From positions 17,541,419-17,605,418 of the forward strand of contig NC_068988.1 of assembly GCF_001194135.2 (NCBI RefSeq): a stretch of 64,000 nucleotides of DNA. The letters run 5' to 3'. Numbering within the stretch: position 1 is the stretch's first letter; the number at the start of each line of letters is the position of its first letter. Origin of the DNA: Octopus bimaculoides (lineage: Eukaryota). Shown piece by piece: positions 11,373 through 24,485 of this stretch. A model generated the notes under the pieces. That model ran no database searches, was not told the origin of the DNA, and saw only the letters and a list, made by a program, of their open reading frames with translations. A program made the position numbers and the translations under genes.

Positions 11373-12975
11373 ATGTATGTATGTATATATATATATATGG
11401 GCGTTTGTATTGTTCTAATCTCCACACACCCATTATTTTCGACAAATGCGTGTGCTAATTACAATTATTTGCTCGAGATGATTGTTATATTCTTATGAAT
11501 ATTTGCAAATTATGGCTAACATCATTCATTTGGATGTTACCATGACAATGGAAATACAACATTGACATTAAATGGTATATATTACACCCAAATGAATGTA
11601 ATAAAGTAAAGAAGCCATGTAAACATGACAACAAATCCAAATAATTCGGTTTTAATTTATCGCTTTCTAATTTCGAGAGCGTAATACTCTTACTTTAATA
11701 GACTGTTGATATTTGTTTACCTTCCATATTTCCTGTCCACCATTTCATTTGAATGATTATTTATATTCGTAGTAGTATTTTCTTTCATTATCAGCCACGA
11801 GTAAATATTGTAATAGTAAACGCTTTATGATTTTTATGCAGTATCTCCCATTAAAATTGTTGATGTTAACAATAGCATTCGATCTCATCATAACAACAAC
11901 AACAACAATAACAACGAAAAAGAATATCCTTAAGAGAGAATTTTTCCTCTAGTTATGTTAACATTTATAGAGAAAACGGTTGTCCAGAGACGCCATCAAC
12001 TAAGAGTGTCTTATATATTATTGATTTTTAAATTAATTCCACGTATTGGCTCCTTAGTGACCGAGATACTTAGCTTAGCTTCTATCGGTTATTTTTCCAT
12101 TTACAGAATAAATGAATTATAAAAGGGGAGACATGGCTGGGGATGTAAATGCATTATGATTTTTTTTTTTTTTTGTTATTGTTAAATTTCTATCCAATCT
12201 GATTTCCTCGAAAAGAGGATGTAGAATACGCTAAGCAACTTTTAGTAGTTTATACTTTTTGCTAATAGGAAAATAAAAATGTTAAACTGTACGTTCGATT
12301 ACGAAAATGGTCATGGTGGTTGTCTGTGCATTAATCTCTCCCATGTTAGAAAATATCTCTCGTAAAATGTTATCCAGAAAGATGCAATATGTGAATGAAT
12401 ATAATTCATTCATGTTGTTTCCTAAGTGCTTTGGTAGCGCAAAGCAAGCAAAATGGCTTCAAATGCAATCGACACACAAACCTGGAATCCGTTCTTTGAT
12501 TGTTTATTTATTTCCTGAAAGAACACGAGAGAAATTTTTCCAAAATAGGGATAACTTTAATAGGAAACATTTTTTTTGTCTGAGCTTTAGTATCACAGGT
12601 TTAACTACTTTCTTACCTCCTTATGTGTGGGCAAGTAGATTTTAGAGACGACTGGCGTTTTATCCGTGATTGTAAAATACACAAATCCACTTCATTGAGC
12701 TCATGATTTTATTATCGATGCAGTTAGACGCGGACCTGACGGCCGAAATTTAAACTAAGATGACAGATGTGAAAACCAATACAGTGAAACATTTTATCCA
12801 ATAAACTAACAAAACTGCCAATTAAATGCCTTAGGAAATATTTGAACATATGAATAATCTGAATATGAATTATTTAGATCATTCATAGGAACAGCAAATC
12901 CTAGGGCTAAAATCATCCAGATTTTTGTCTCAGGTGCAAGAGCATGTTTTATAAGGCAGCATAGGATTCTGAATG

Positions 12976-13162
12976 ATCTTTTCTACTCTAAGTACGAGGT
13001 CCGAAATTTTTGGCATGGGACCAGTCGATTAGATCGACCCAGTACGCAACTGGTACTTAATTTATCGACCTTGAAGGGATGAAAGGCAAAAGTCGATCTC
13101 GACAGAATTCGAGCTCAGAACGTAGACAGACGGAATAAACTTTTCTGCCAGCTCACCGCCTT
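12976..13162 (-). mobile_element. SINE family B, internally deleted
   Basis: Reverse complement of the B consensus (head at 13141-13162, tail at 12976-13030). Confidence 0.85.
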
Positions 13163-13256
13163 ATATTCAGTATATATTATTAATAATAATAATTGTATTT
13201 TTATACACGTTTATTCAAGTCATAAGAATATTGTATGGCATTAACGCTATTCTCTT

Positions 13257-13465
13257 AAGGTGGCGAGCTGGCAGAAACGTTTGCACGCCGGGCGAAATGC
13301 TTAGTGGTATGTCGTTACATTCTGAGTTCAAATTCCACCGAGGTCGACTTTGCCTTTCATCCTTTCGGGGTCGATAAATTAAGTACCAGTTGCGCACTGG
13401 GTCGATATAATTGACTGGTCCCCTCCCCCAAAATTTCGGGCCTTATACCTAGAGTAGAAAAGATT
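13257..13465 (+). mobile_element. SINE family B, short tail
   Basis: aaggtggcgagctggcagaaacg...ttctgagttcaaattccaccgagg...agtagaaaagatt. Confidence 0.92.
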
Positions 13466-13756
13466 AACGATGTTCCCTTCTGCTAAATGCATTGCAAAAG
13501 AAATGGAACGTAACATTTAAAAGACATTCCAAACGCAAACCTTAATTGGAGATAATTTGTATTAATCTTAAAATATATATACTCCAGTAAACACATTATA
13601 TACACATGAAAAAGTCTTTAGCATGTGTGTCTGTTTGTTTTGGGTGTGTGGGTGTATGTTTTGGGTGTATGTGGTTGCGTATTTACTCATATACATATAT
13701 GTGGTTGTATATATTGATGTATATGTATACATATACATGAGCACACGAATATGCAT

Positions 13757-13787
<31 letters not shown>

Positions 13788-13788
13788 C

Positions 13789-13819
<31 letters not shown>

Positions 13820-14218
13820 GTGACCATAGTATATTAAAACCGAGTTAGGAGATAGATGAATGGCATTTAAGCTAATAAAGCTTCTAATGTGGTGATGCAA
13901 ATTTGTTCGAGAATATTTTTACTTAAAATAAGCCTCTCGAGTATATCGCAAGCGTTAAAACAATCACACTGGTTATGATGATTCTAGAATATCAGAAAGC
14001 TAGAAAAGGAGTGACAATGCTATACACACATAGCGATTTATAAGACGGTATGTCCGATTTTCTTATCCACCAAATTTGACAGTCGTTAACTCTAATGTTT
14101 TATCCTGGCAATTCTTTGTTTTACAACATTGAAGAGTAAGATCATCACTTATCGAAATGCAATATACGGTGTCTGATTATACTGTGAGTTTTCTCTTGTA
14201 AGTCAATTTTGTGTACCC

Positions 14219-14868
14219 ATGGATAAATCAAAAATTCGTGTGTTTATGCATATGAGTTTCGTCGTGGACTCAATGCATTCCAGACAGCTCGAAACATCAA
14301 TGATGTTTTTGGTGAAGATATGGCGAATGAGCGCCTGTTTTGAGAAGTTCTGATCTGGTGACTTTATTCTTGAAAATCAGCCTCGTGATAGACCAGAGAT
14401 TAAGGTGGAATATGAGAAACTGGAAACTGTAGTGGAAGTAGGTACATCTTAAACTACGTGTGAGTTAGCAGCAAGGCTTGATGTTTTCATTCCAACTGTA
14501 TCGGACCATCTGAAACAAATAGGCAAGGTAAAGAAGCTAGAGAAGTGGGCACCGCACGAACTTTGCTTTCACGACATAAAAGCAAGCCATTTTGCATTGT
14601 ATTGTTACGTGTGATGACAAATGGATTCGTTTCAGCAATAGCAAGCGTTCTGTACGGTGGTTGATTAGAGAAGAAATGTTAAAATACAATCCAAAAAAGA
14701 ATAAACAACTTTTTGCAACGAAAAATCTTCAAATATGAAGAAGATGCAAAAATAGCCTTTCGTGATTTCCTCACCGCTTGTTCTCCAGAATTCTTCGTTG
14801 CTGGAATAAATAAGCTGCCGATAAAATGGAAAAATAGTGTTGATAATTTAGGTGAATACTTTGATTAA
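14219..14868 (+). pseudogene. Mariner (Tc1/mariner) transposase pseudogene
   Basis: MDKSKIR.../YEFRRG...ARNINDVFG...FEKF*SGDFILENQPR...LKQIGKVKKLEKWAPHEL (WVPHEL motif), IVTCDDKW (first catalytic Asp), and C-terminal FFVAGINKLPIKWKNSVDNLGEYFD*. It has frameshifts and a deletion removing the rest of the DDD domain. Terminal inverted repeats were not recognisable. Confidence 0.92.
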
Positions 14869-15420
14869 CTGCTCTGGTTTTTTTTGTTTATTTTTTTTTG
14901 AGGTAAACTAAAATAAACTTCCAGTTCAAAATTCCAGTCCAAAAAATGAGTGCAAATTTATGCGAAATATAATTACATTTCTAAGAGATTTAATGAAGTG
15001 AATATGTAAACTTATGAGAATGTTTGATACGTATTATACAACAGAAACTAAATAACATAAATACCATCTATTCACAATCTTTATGGGGATATTTAAGAAA
15101 ATTATTACATATATTTTCAAATATTTCGAAGTTTTTCTCAGAACAGAGAAAGATTCTTCAGCGGAAGTGTTTTATAAGAAACATAATGAACACCTTCGCA
15201 CAATTTTAACGGCATTTTTCTTCCGATGTCTACTTCTCGTTCCATCACTCCCAATAGCAATCTTATCTACCTTCCGATATTAGTTTCTTTTTCTATCGAG
15301 TCTTTAGTATCTCTGTATCCCTCTCATTCTCATTCTCTCTCTCTCTCTCTCTCATTCTCTCTCTCTAATGTGTTTATTATATTACACCTGTCAAGAATTT
15401 TTACTTTTACTACTCTGTCG

Positions 15421-15455
<35 letters not shown>

Positions 15456-16220
15456 TGTACATATTTAGATATATATATATATATAAATATAGATATTTAG
15501 ATCTGTCTATTTGTGTTTGTGTATAACTGTACATGTATGTAAATAAATATGCATGCATGTGTGTATCAGAAATAAAGTATCAAGTATCCTTGTCTGGCAT
15601 TAGGCCGAACTATCAGCTGGAATGCTTATATACTTCTCTACCTATTTGAAAAGGAAGAAAAAAAAAATGAAGGTTATCATACACGCCCATATCCGCCACA
15701 TTAATATGTCAACATATATGTATATATAGAAGAAAATTTGAGGAAAATTAATTAACTTATGTTGGTATTTATTATTTATTATGTGTAAAGGAATCTTCGG
15801 CAGATGTTCGTTGTGCGAGCAACGAGATTCTAGTTAATTTATTGACTGTGTATCCAAAAACGTTATTTCTAATTGACCACTGGACTATTGTTATTTAATA
15901 GCTAGGCGATTTTACGTCCTGAGATCCAATTCCACCAAGGTCATCACTGATTCTTATTCCACCGAAGTCGATAATATTATGTACTACATACGTATAGCAG
16001 TTTATGGGGTCGACTTATTCGTCCACTTTAACTTGCTGGCGTTTGGAGAAATAAAATGTTATTTGGTAGTCGGAAGAGATGATAAAATCACGTTTACTTT
16101 TCAAAAATGAGAACCGATTCTGAGAGGAACGTTTCTTATAAGTTTTAATCGCTTACATGTTCCAATGATTGGATTGCAGTTGTACGTCGAACAAATAGGC
16201 CCCGCTACTGTTTTTTTTAG

Positions 16221-16262
16221 TCTGGTAATTATACTATCGGGCAATTGTGCTGAACCACTAGG
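16221..16262 (+). CDS. Candidate 42-nt symmetric exon (phase 2-2; LVIILSGNCAEPLG)
   Basis: gctactgttttttttAG acceptor, AGG|GTAAGG donor, and a single open frame. Confidence 0.25.
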
Positions 16263-16391
16263 GTAAGGTAACATACAATCCAACAGCGACTGGCAAGCAT
16301 GGACGGAAACTAACAAACCCTCACATTTACACAAACGCTCATATGTATATACATTCACACACATAAACACGCATGCATGTATACACACACA

Positions 16392-16436
<45 letters not shown>

Positions 16437-16967
16437 CAAAAATAAAATATAATCAATGAGAATACAACAAACATACTGAATTTCTAATAAGTTCTCTTGG
16501 TAGGGAAATGTATGAAACATTAAAGGTATTTTGACATTTAATAAGAGTGATTATATATTATAGTATAAAATAAGAGCAGGAAAATTACATCAAGAAACAT
16601 CACAGAAGATATACGTCCAAAATAATATTGTATTAATAGATAGATGTCTAAATATATAAAGTATGATTATTTAAAAAAGTTTAAAAGTTAAAAATATCTT
16701 CTGATCGCTTCATGAATTTATTACTCTTCGAAATGGAATCTAAAATTCATAATCATTATGAGTTAATACATCCACTCGTCAGAGAGAAAGAGGGTGAAAT
16801 GCCGTGTAGTCAATCGAATGCTATTTAAAAATATATGGAAAAGATGTTGTTTAAAAAGTTACTGGCATAGATATGCGTTGGTACACTCTTGTGCTAAAGA
16901 TTTTGAAGAAATAACATACATCCGTGGTAAAATCCACTGCAGTAATCCATAACGGCTGTGTGTAAAT

Positions 16968-17349
16968 TGTTGGCACTCCATCACTTACGACGTCGAGGGT
17001 TCCAGTTGATCCGATCAACGGAATAGCCTGCTCGTGAAATTAACGTGCAAATGGCTGAGCACTCCACAAACACGTGTACCCTTAACGTAGTTCTCGGAGA
17101 GATTCAGCGTGCCACAGTGTGTCAAGGCTGACCCTTTGAATTACAGGCGCAACAGAAACAGGAAGTAAGAGTGAGAGGAAGTTGTGGTGGAAGAGTACAG
17201 CAGGGTTCGCCACCATCCCCTGCCTGAGCCTCGTGGAGCTTTAGGTGTTTTCGCAAAATAAAAACTCACAATGCCCTGTCTCGGAATCGAAACCGCGATC
17301 ATATGACCACGAGTCCGCTGCCCTAACCACTGGGCCATTGCGCCTCCAC
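16968..17349 (-). mobile_element. SINE family A, full length, (AAC) tail
   Basis: Head gtggaggcgcaatggcccagtgg (A box) and ggtttcgattcc (B box); 11-bp target-site duplication tgtgtgtaaat at 16957-16967 and 17350-17360. Confidence 0.95.
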
Positions 17350-17375
17350 TGTGTGTAAATATAAAGCCCATAATT

Positions 17376-17593
17376 CTTATTTCTTTGTTGCCCACAAGGG
17401 GCTAAACATAGAGGGGACAAACAAGGACAGACAAAGGGATTAAGTCGATTACATCGACCCCAGTACGCCACTGGTACTTATTTAATCGACCCCGAAAGGA
17501 TGAAAGGCAAAGTCGACCTCGGCGGAATTTGAACTCAGAGCGTAGCAACAGACGAAATACCGCTAAGCATTTCGCCCGGCGTGCTAACGTTTC
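17376..17593 (-). mobile_element. SINE family B, long-tail variant, cut by a gap
   Basis: B core followed by the tail ...gtttagccccttgtgggcaacaaagaaataag; the head runs into the N-gap at 17594. Confidence 0.92.
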
Positions 17594-17959
17594 NNNNNNN
17601 NNNAAAGTAGTTTTTGCCTTTTATAGTTGCGTATATCATTGTTATATTTTATGCAAATATAAAAATAGCCGTTTACTGACCCAATATAGAGTAAAATCAT
17701 GTAATATTCAAATTATTATATTTAAAATCAGTTTGTTGTACCTTAGAACTGTACAGGTTCTAATTTTAAGAAAACATATTTCTGGCATTCATCCAATGGA
17801 TAATTTACATTATGTGAAATGTGTACATTTAAAATAATTTAAATTTAATTTTCTTTTTTGCTTACCTGTGACTATCCTACTATTATTATGATACCACTAT
17901 ATGAAAAATAAGAAAAATAAGATATTAATGTGAATCTTTACTCGATGATCTCTTACAGT

Positions 17960-18790
17960 GTTTAAAAGATTTATAAAACTTATGTCTACATGTGGATAAT
18001 GCACCCGATTGGCAACTAATTAAATTATGTGTACAAAGACGGCAGATAGAAGATTTATGAGTATATGGTGTAGCTGAGACAATGATTGACCAGGATAATT
18101 AATAGTTAACGTTATTTTTTTGTTTGAGTTTATGTGTATATGTAGCCAATGAAGTAGTGGCACTCGTTATATTCGGTTTAAATGAATGTATACGTGGTAA
18201 AAATGTTTGTTTAAAGTTAATAGAGCTCCCTGTATATAATATACCATACAGTGTGAGTTAACACTTTGTGTAACAGTGCACTTATATAATACGTTGAACC
18301 TTCTGCATTTGCCTTCTAAAGGACATGATTTTTTAAATTTTTATATCAACAATATTTAGTTGTGTTTCTCGTCTGTGATATAATATTTAATAATATTTTG
18401 ATTGTTTGTTATGATGTGTGGTGTTGTATTTGAATTTGTTGTGGAATCATTCAAAATAGAATTAGGTATATTTACTGTTTGTATGTTATTGTTATTAGAT
18501 TGTGGTAGTGGATTATCTAAAGTATATTGCATGTTTTGAGTTGTATGATTATTGGAATTTTTCTGAGATTTTGTTACTGTTACAGTATTGCTTTGTATTT
18601 TCGTAATGTTATCTATTGACCTAGTATTATGTTGAGTATTATTTGTTGTTCTGGGATTTTGGGAATGTCTTACAAATCTTTATTGTGCCACTAATGGATT
18701 TGATTTGGAGAATCCGTGTCAGTATCTTTTTGTTCTTACTCTGTGAAACCGTGTATTCTATGGTTTTGATTCATATTTGTTCGTACATAG
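17960..18790 (-). mobile_element. Penelope-like (Neptune-type) retroelement remnant, GIY-YIG endonuclease region
   Basis: Minus translation of ~18330-18000 gives SCPLEGKCRRFNVLYKCTVT...LYTGSS.NFKQ...TTSLATYTHKLKQK...LSWSII.SATPY...ICRLC, i.e. a Cys linker plus a degenerate GIY-YIG domain. The stretch 18350-18790 is strongly A/C-skewed on the minus strand and is assigned by position only. Confidence 0.7.
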
Positions 18791-18854
18791 CCTAATACAA
18801 CTATGAGGATAATGTATGTATGTGTGTATGCGAGCGCGTGCATGTGTGTATACA

Positions 18855-19020
18855 CGATGTGTGTCTCCACAGTTTCGTTCTACCAAATTTGCTCACATGG
18901 CTTGGTTAACTGGGGGCTGTTGTAGATGACAATTCATTAAGATAGTGAGCAGTAGGACTGAACCTGAAACCATATAATTGCGAAGTATTCTCTTTAGCCA
19001 CAAAACAATGCTTGCGCTTA
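18855..19020 (-). mobile_element. SINE family C, old degenerate partial copy
   Basis: ctaccaaatttgctcac...gtagatgaca...ggactgaacctgaaaccat. Confidence 0.65.
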
Positions 19021-19428
19021 TTTTATCTGACAAAAAACAATCTTTCGTTTATAATTTAACGTAATGTAGTGACAAACTGTCATGTGACTTTGAATTCATT
19101 TTATGAAAAATTGATTTTTGGCTCTTAGTATAATAGCCAATCTACGGCTAATGTTGAAAAAATATAGATTTCTAAAAGCCAATCACTATTAAAATAACAT
19201 TTCAGTTGAAAATCTTTTATTATTCAGAAACACAAGTTTTTATGAACATATAAAACTAATATCTTTAGAGCTAAGTTACATACGTTTTCCGTTAATGGTA
19301 AGATTTACATCTTTCGGCCATTGAATTTAATCAGAGAAGAATCTGATTTTTATTTATTTCATATGTTTCGTTTTGTTATTTATGGGGTGCTTGTGCTAGT
19401 GTTTAAAACATACGCATTCATACGTGTT

Positions 19429-19459
<31 letters not shown>

Positions 19460-20004
19460 ATGATCATGTGTGTTTGAGCGTATGGCATGTTTTCACATAT
19501 GTGCATGAGCCTGTAATATTCTTACAAGTAGATGTATTAGGGAGGTACATATTCCATGTAGGATTTTCTAGTCGAGATTTTGAATGTAGTGGTGATAGTT
19601 ATGCGTGTTGTGGCAGTTATTCTACTTATGAATATACTCTGGTTCTTATAAGGGATATACAATATTATGGGTCTCATAGTGTCTATTATAATACTTAGCG
19701 ATAAAATATGATCAGTGTGACATTTATGGCTAAGGTTCTGATAGGGGCCACAAGTGATACAAAGGGAATGTTAAAGAAGCATACTTCTATTATAGTAAGT
19801 TATATAAAGATTGCTTCAAGGAAGCACTAAACCCTTCAGCAACGATATATAATATATATTTTACATTTATTATATTATTAATCAATGATTCAGCTTATTA
19901 TATCTGAAAGAGAAGTCAGTGTGAGTGTAAGGTTTTGAGAACACCTCTTATAAGTTTTATAAAATCAGCTTAAATTAAAACATATAAGCACGCTCACAGA
20001 CAAA

Positions 20005-20024
20005 CACACACACACACACATATA

Positions 20025-20088
<64 letters not shown>

Positions 20089-20144
20089 GAGTCAGACATA
20101 TAGAGAGAGAAGTACATAGCTAGCCAGCTAGCTAGGTAGCAAGG

Positions 20145-20176
<32 letters not shown>

Positions 20177-20177
20177 C

Positions 20178-20212
<35 letters not shown>

Positions 20213-20255
20213 TTGATTGATAATACATACATACATACATACATACATACATACA
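20005..20255. repeat. Compound microsatellite (CA)n(TA)n(TAGC)n(TAGA)n(GA)n(TACA)n
   Basis: Read directly. Confidence 0.95.
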
Positions 20256-21238
20256 TAGAAACCCACATTCACACATACACAGACATACTGAGACACAGAT
20301 ACGTTTTCGCATATTTCTCTGAGTTTCACTCTTACAATTTTGATATTCAACTTACCACGTCTTTACATTTTGTCCTTCATTTCTCCCTGCTTATATGGGT
20401 GCGAATGTGTGTTGTGTATGTATGTGTGCTTGCATACGTATGTGCATTTGAATGTACATATGTATATAATTGCGAGTGCGCCGGTGAATATGTGACTGTA
20501 TTTGTTTTGTGTATCTACATATATTATGCAATCAGATTTTTGACTCTACTTAATTATTCATATTCAGTATTACGCAATTAATGCTTAAACAGTCAACTGT
20601 TCCAGCAGAAGTTTTAATTAATCAAACAATTTCTTCAGTAGTAACAAATTAACAGGTGCCGATATACAAACCAGATAACCAGTTATCAAGATTCTTTATA
20701 AATAATTTAATGTGTTCAGATGGAAAGTACTTTAGACGAAGCAGAGCTATTAAATATAATTTGATACAGAATATCGATTGACGATATAACATGATAAAAT
20801 AAGATATTCATTTTGGAACATCTGGAGGTACTACTGTTACGTCCCCATCCACCACCAAAAATAATTAAAAAAACAAACAAACAGTAAAGAAGAATGTTTA
20901 AAAAACATTTGATGATTAAAATTATGCAAATGTAACATGTTAATGTGAGCCTAACCGGACTGAGAACTTAAATTCCAACCCTCAAACTATTTAAATCAGA
21001 TTTCTTTTAATAACAACACATTCCATCGTTTAATTCAGCAGCAAACTCTTTCATTTCTTCTTTCTTCTACTTTTTAATTATTGTTACTTTTCCTAATATT
21101 AAATTTCTTTTAGTAATATGAGAGAAATAATGACACTGTGTATTATTTTTTGAAATAATTTCTTTGCTTTATGCACTAAGTTCGAGGAATTGTAAGTGCT
21201 ATGAAGAAGAATCATTTTTATTATAATAGGATTCCATG

Positions 21239-21304
<66 letters not shown>

Positions 21305-21397
21305 GGTGTGGGGGTGTGTGTGGGTGTGTGTGTGTGTGTGTGGCTACTGAATAAGTGTCACGTTATTTATATATATATATGTGTGTGTGTGTGTGTG

Positions 21398-22021
21398 NNN
21401 NNNNNNNNNNNNNNNNNNNNNNNNNNNNNNNNNNNNNNNNNNNNNNNNNNNNNNNNNNNNNNNNNNNNNNNNNNNNNNNNNNNNNNNNNNNNNNNNNNNN
21501 NNNNNNNNNNNNNNNNNNNNNNNNNNNNNNNNNNNNNNNNNNNNNNNNNNNNNNNNNNNNNNNNNNNNNNNNNNNNNNNNNNNNNNNNNNNNNNNNNNNN
21601 NNNNNNNNNNNNNNNNNNNNNNNNNNNNNNNNNNNNNNNNNNNNNNNNNNNNNNNNNNNNNNNNNNNNNNNNNNNNNNNNNNNNNNNNNNNNNNNNNNNN
21701 NNNNNNNNNNNNNNNNNNNNNNNNNNNNNNNNNNNNNNNNNNNNNNNNNNNNNNNNNNNNNNNNNNNNNNNNNNNNNNNNNNNNNNNNNNNNNNNNNNNN
21801 NNNNNNNNNNNNNNNNNNNNNNNNNNNNNNNNNNNNNNNNNNNNNNNNNNNNNNNNNNNNNNNNNNNNNNNNNNNNNNNNNNNNNNNNNNNNNNNNNNNN
21901 NNNNNNNNNNNNNNNNNNNNNNNNNNNNNNNNNNNNNNNNNNNNNNNNNNNNNNNNNNNNNNNNNNNNNNNNNNNNNNNNNNNNNNNNNNNNNNNNNNNN
22001 NNNNNNNNNNNNNNNNNNNNN
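21398..22021. other. Assembly gap (one of ten: 7252-7261, 11087-11246, 17594-17603, 21398-22021, 30397-30614, 35871-36544, 41779-41946, 53362-53752, 57695-57793, 60252-60309)
   Basis: N runs, nine of ten abutting dinucleotide microsatellites; exons could be hidden in them. Confidence 1.
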
Positions 22022-22086
<65 letters not shown>

Positions 22087-22759
22087 ATATGCATACATAT
22101 ACATATGTGCCTGCCTCCGTGTACTTCTATGTATGTAGTCGTGAATAATATATATATATATATATATGTGTGTATGTATGCATAAACATGTAATACAAAA
22201 CAATATACCTCATATATATGAATGTACATATAGACAAACACACACAGGAATATATATGTCAACAGTCGTGTGTCATTAGTTTCTTTCGAAATTTCGTTGG
22301 AACGTAAGTAATATTCATATTGATAATTAATAGGGAATAATTCTAATCAGAAAGCAGCTTAATCATATGGCATTTCTCAGTGACATTTTGCAGGCTTATC
22401 ATATTTGGCACATTTCTTCCCTTTAGTTTCATGCAGTCTATAGATAATAATCGATATACACTATTTTGAATGCAAGACCGAAGGAAGCAGGAAAAATATG
22501 TTATAAGTAAAACTAAATGTAATTTGTGCAGACAACTTCCACTCTGGAATTCAAGATGCTACGAACCATATTTTAATATACTTGCATCAGACTGAATAAA
22601 CACGAATGGACTGTAATTATATTCATTATACCATATATGGATGCAAATTGGTGTTTAAACGAAATGAATGAATGTATATACACGTATATGATACTTTGTG
22701 CCTGCCTGCGTGTGCTTCTATGTACGTTGTCGTGAGTAATATATACATATGCATATATA

Positions 22760-22833
<74 letters not shown>

Positions 22834-23290
22834 ATACTTTCAAAACAGATGAGTAATAGTACCTTCGACGTTTCAGCCTGCCAGCCTTCATAGGCCGAAG
22901 CTTCGAAATCATTATCACCGCTCTTCTTGTGTAACCGTAATAAATATGTAAGCTGCTAGTGCATAGTAATTCCTCAATTTTATGCTTAACTAATTAGATT
23001 TTAACTCGGTTTAAAATTAGATTATACACACACACCACGCTCACAAACACACATGCTTACACGCATACAAACATACAAATATGTGTGTGTATGTATATAT
23101 ATATATATATATCACGTGACCCACGTGACCGACCAGACTATCAGATATTTTCACACATCGCTAGTCACAATGCGGTTTTGAAGTGTTTGGGCTTCCGAAT
23201 GACGCCTCCCTGTCAACATTTCCATCGCTAATAGAAAGGTGGACTGGAACAACATAACACTAGGACACGCACCTCCCGAATATATATAAA

Positions 23291-24485
23291 CTAGCAAGAA
23301 GTACCCGGCGTTGCCTGGGCTAAAGAAAGTAATGAAATTTAACGCCGTCAAGATTATGCAGGTAACAACTTCTAGTAGCTGAATAACCAACGTTCTATGT
23401 AACTCTGCAATCCATACCAACATGGAACATAGACGTTTGTCTAACTTATTTCGTAACCAGAAAACAGGTACAGATTATAAACAATGAAAGGCCGTGCGTA
23501 GAGTACGCACAAATAGACAGTGAATATATCACGTTATTGCTCCACTTTTATACACACAGATATATATTCACGCATGTCAGTCGAAATGTGAAAGTGTGAT
23601 AGTGATACTCTAATATTCAATGGTTTTACACTTCTGTATGATATGGACCTACTATTCATGTAAATGATTCTTCATATACTGTGTTTTCTTGCCAGGTTTG
23701 TCATTGAGAGTGTAGAGATACTTTACATCTCCATCTTTAAAATATCCAGCATACAGCTGACCGTGTGAGAAGCAAAGTTGAAGGAGGTTAAGTCCCGCCA
23801 GATTTAGACATTACAAAGCTTAGTTTGACAGGAAACTGCAGTCTCTTGAACTGAAATGGGACATCATTTGAAATGAGACGTATCCTTGGAATGAAGACAT
23901 TCTCACCAATCATGTTGCCAGGATGGAGAAGAGTTTTCTCAGCTGCATAGGAGACTTGCACATTTGTGCCTTTGTCAGAGTGGCATCCCAGTGTGCATCA
24001 TCTTCCAGAAGATCTCTGAGATGGGAAGCCTGGCGATATGTTTGACATACTATGTCATCAAGGCTGTAAATGATGACAGGTCCCTTGACATGGTCCAGTA
24101 GAAGCCTTAGATAGTAGCACTCTGAGTAGTTGAGATGGACAGCATAGACTCTGCCCAGTGTGTCTGATTTATTGATTCCCAGATGATGTGTGGGTGCTCC
24201 AAGTGCACGTCTTTTCAGTTTGTTTTGGTACCAGGTATGGAATTGTGGAACTTCAATGTATAAAAGTCTTATAGCAAATCCATCATCTTGACAAGGTAAA
24301 GAGTGACTATAAGAGGGATCGAGTTGAGTAGATATAGAGGCAATTATGCAGATAAACAAATTAGATATGCTAAACGTAACAGTTTGCGTATAAAATATAA
24401 AATATGTATATATGTATACATGCAGAACGAGAGAAAGCAAAACGAAAACTTTCAGATGATGAATGTTTAAATATAAATATATAGA
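23291..24485 (-). mobile_element. Helitron, internally deleted non-autonomous copy with both termini
   Basis: Minus strand A|TCTATATAT at 24485. RepHel fragments are YYLRLLLDHVKGP...LLEDDAHWDATL...LRKLFSIL and GENVFIPRI...PFQFKRLQFPVKLSF...FSHGQLY. The 3' hairpin cccaggc-aac-gccggg (23304-23319) is followed by CTAG|T at 23291. The 5' end is less certain than the 3' end. Confidence 0.85.

Noticed and set aside
14020-14975. Terminal inverted repeats for the mariner copy
   Set aside because: The flanks do not show a convincing inverted match or TA duplication, so only the transposase remnant is reported.
16968-17349. Possible tRNA genes at SINE heads
   Set aside because: A and B boxes are present, but there is no complete cloverleaf, and each continues into a SINE body with target-site duplications.
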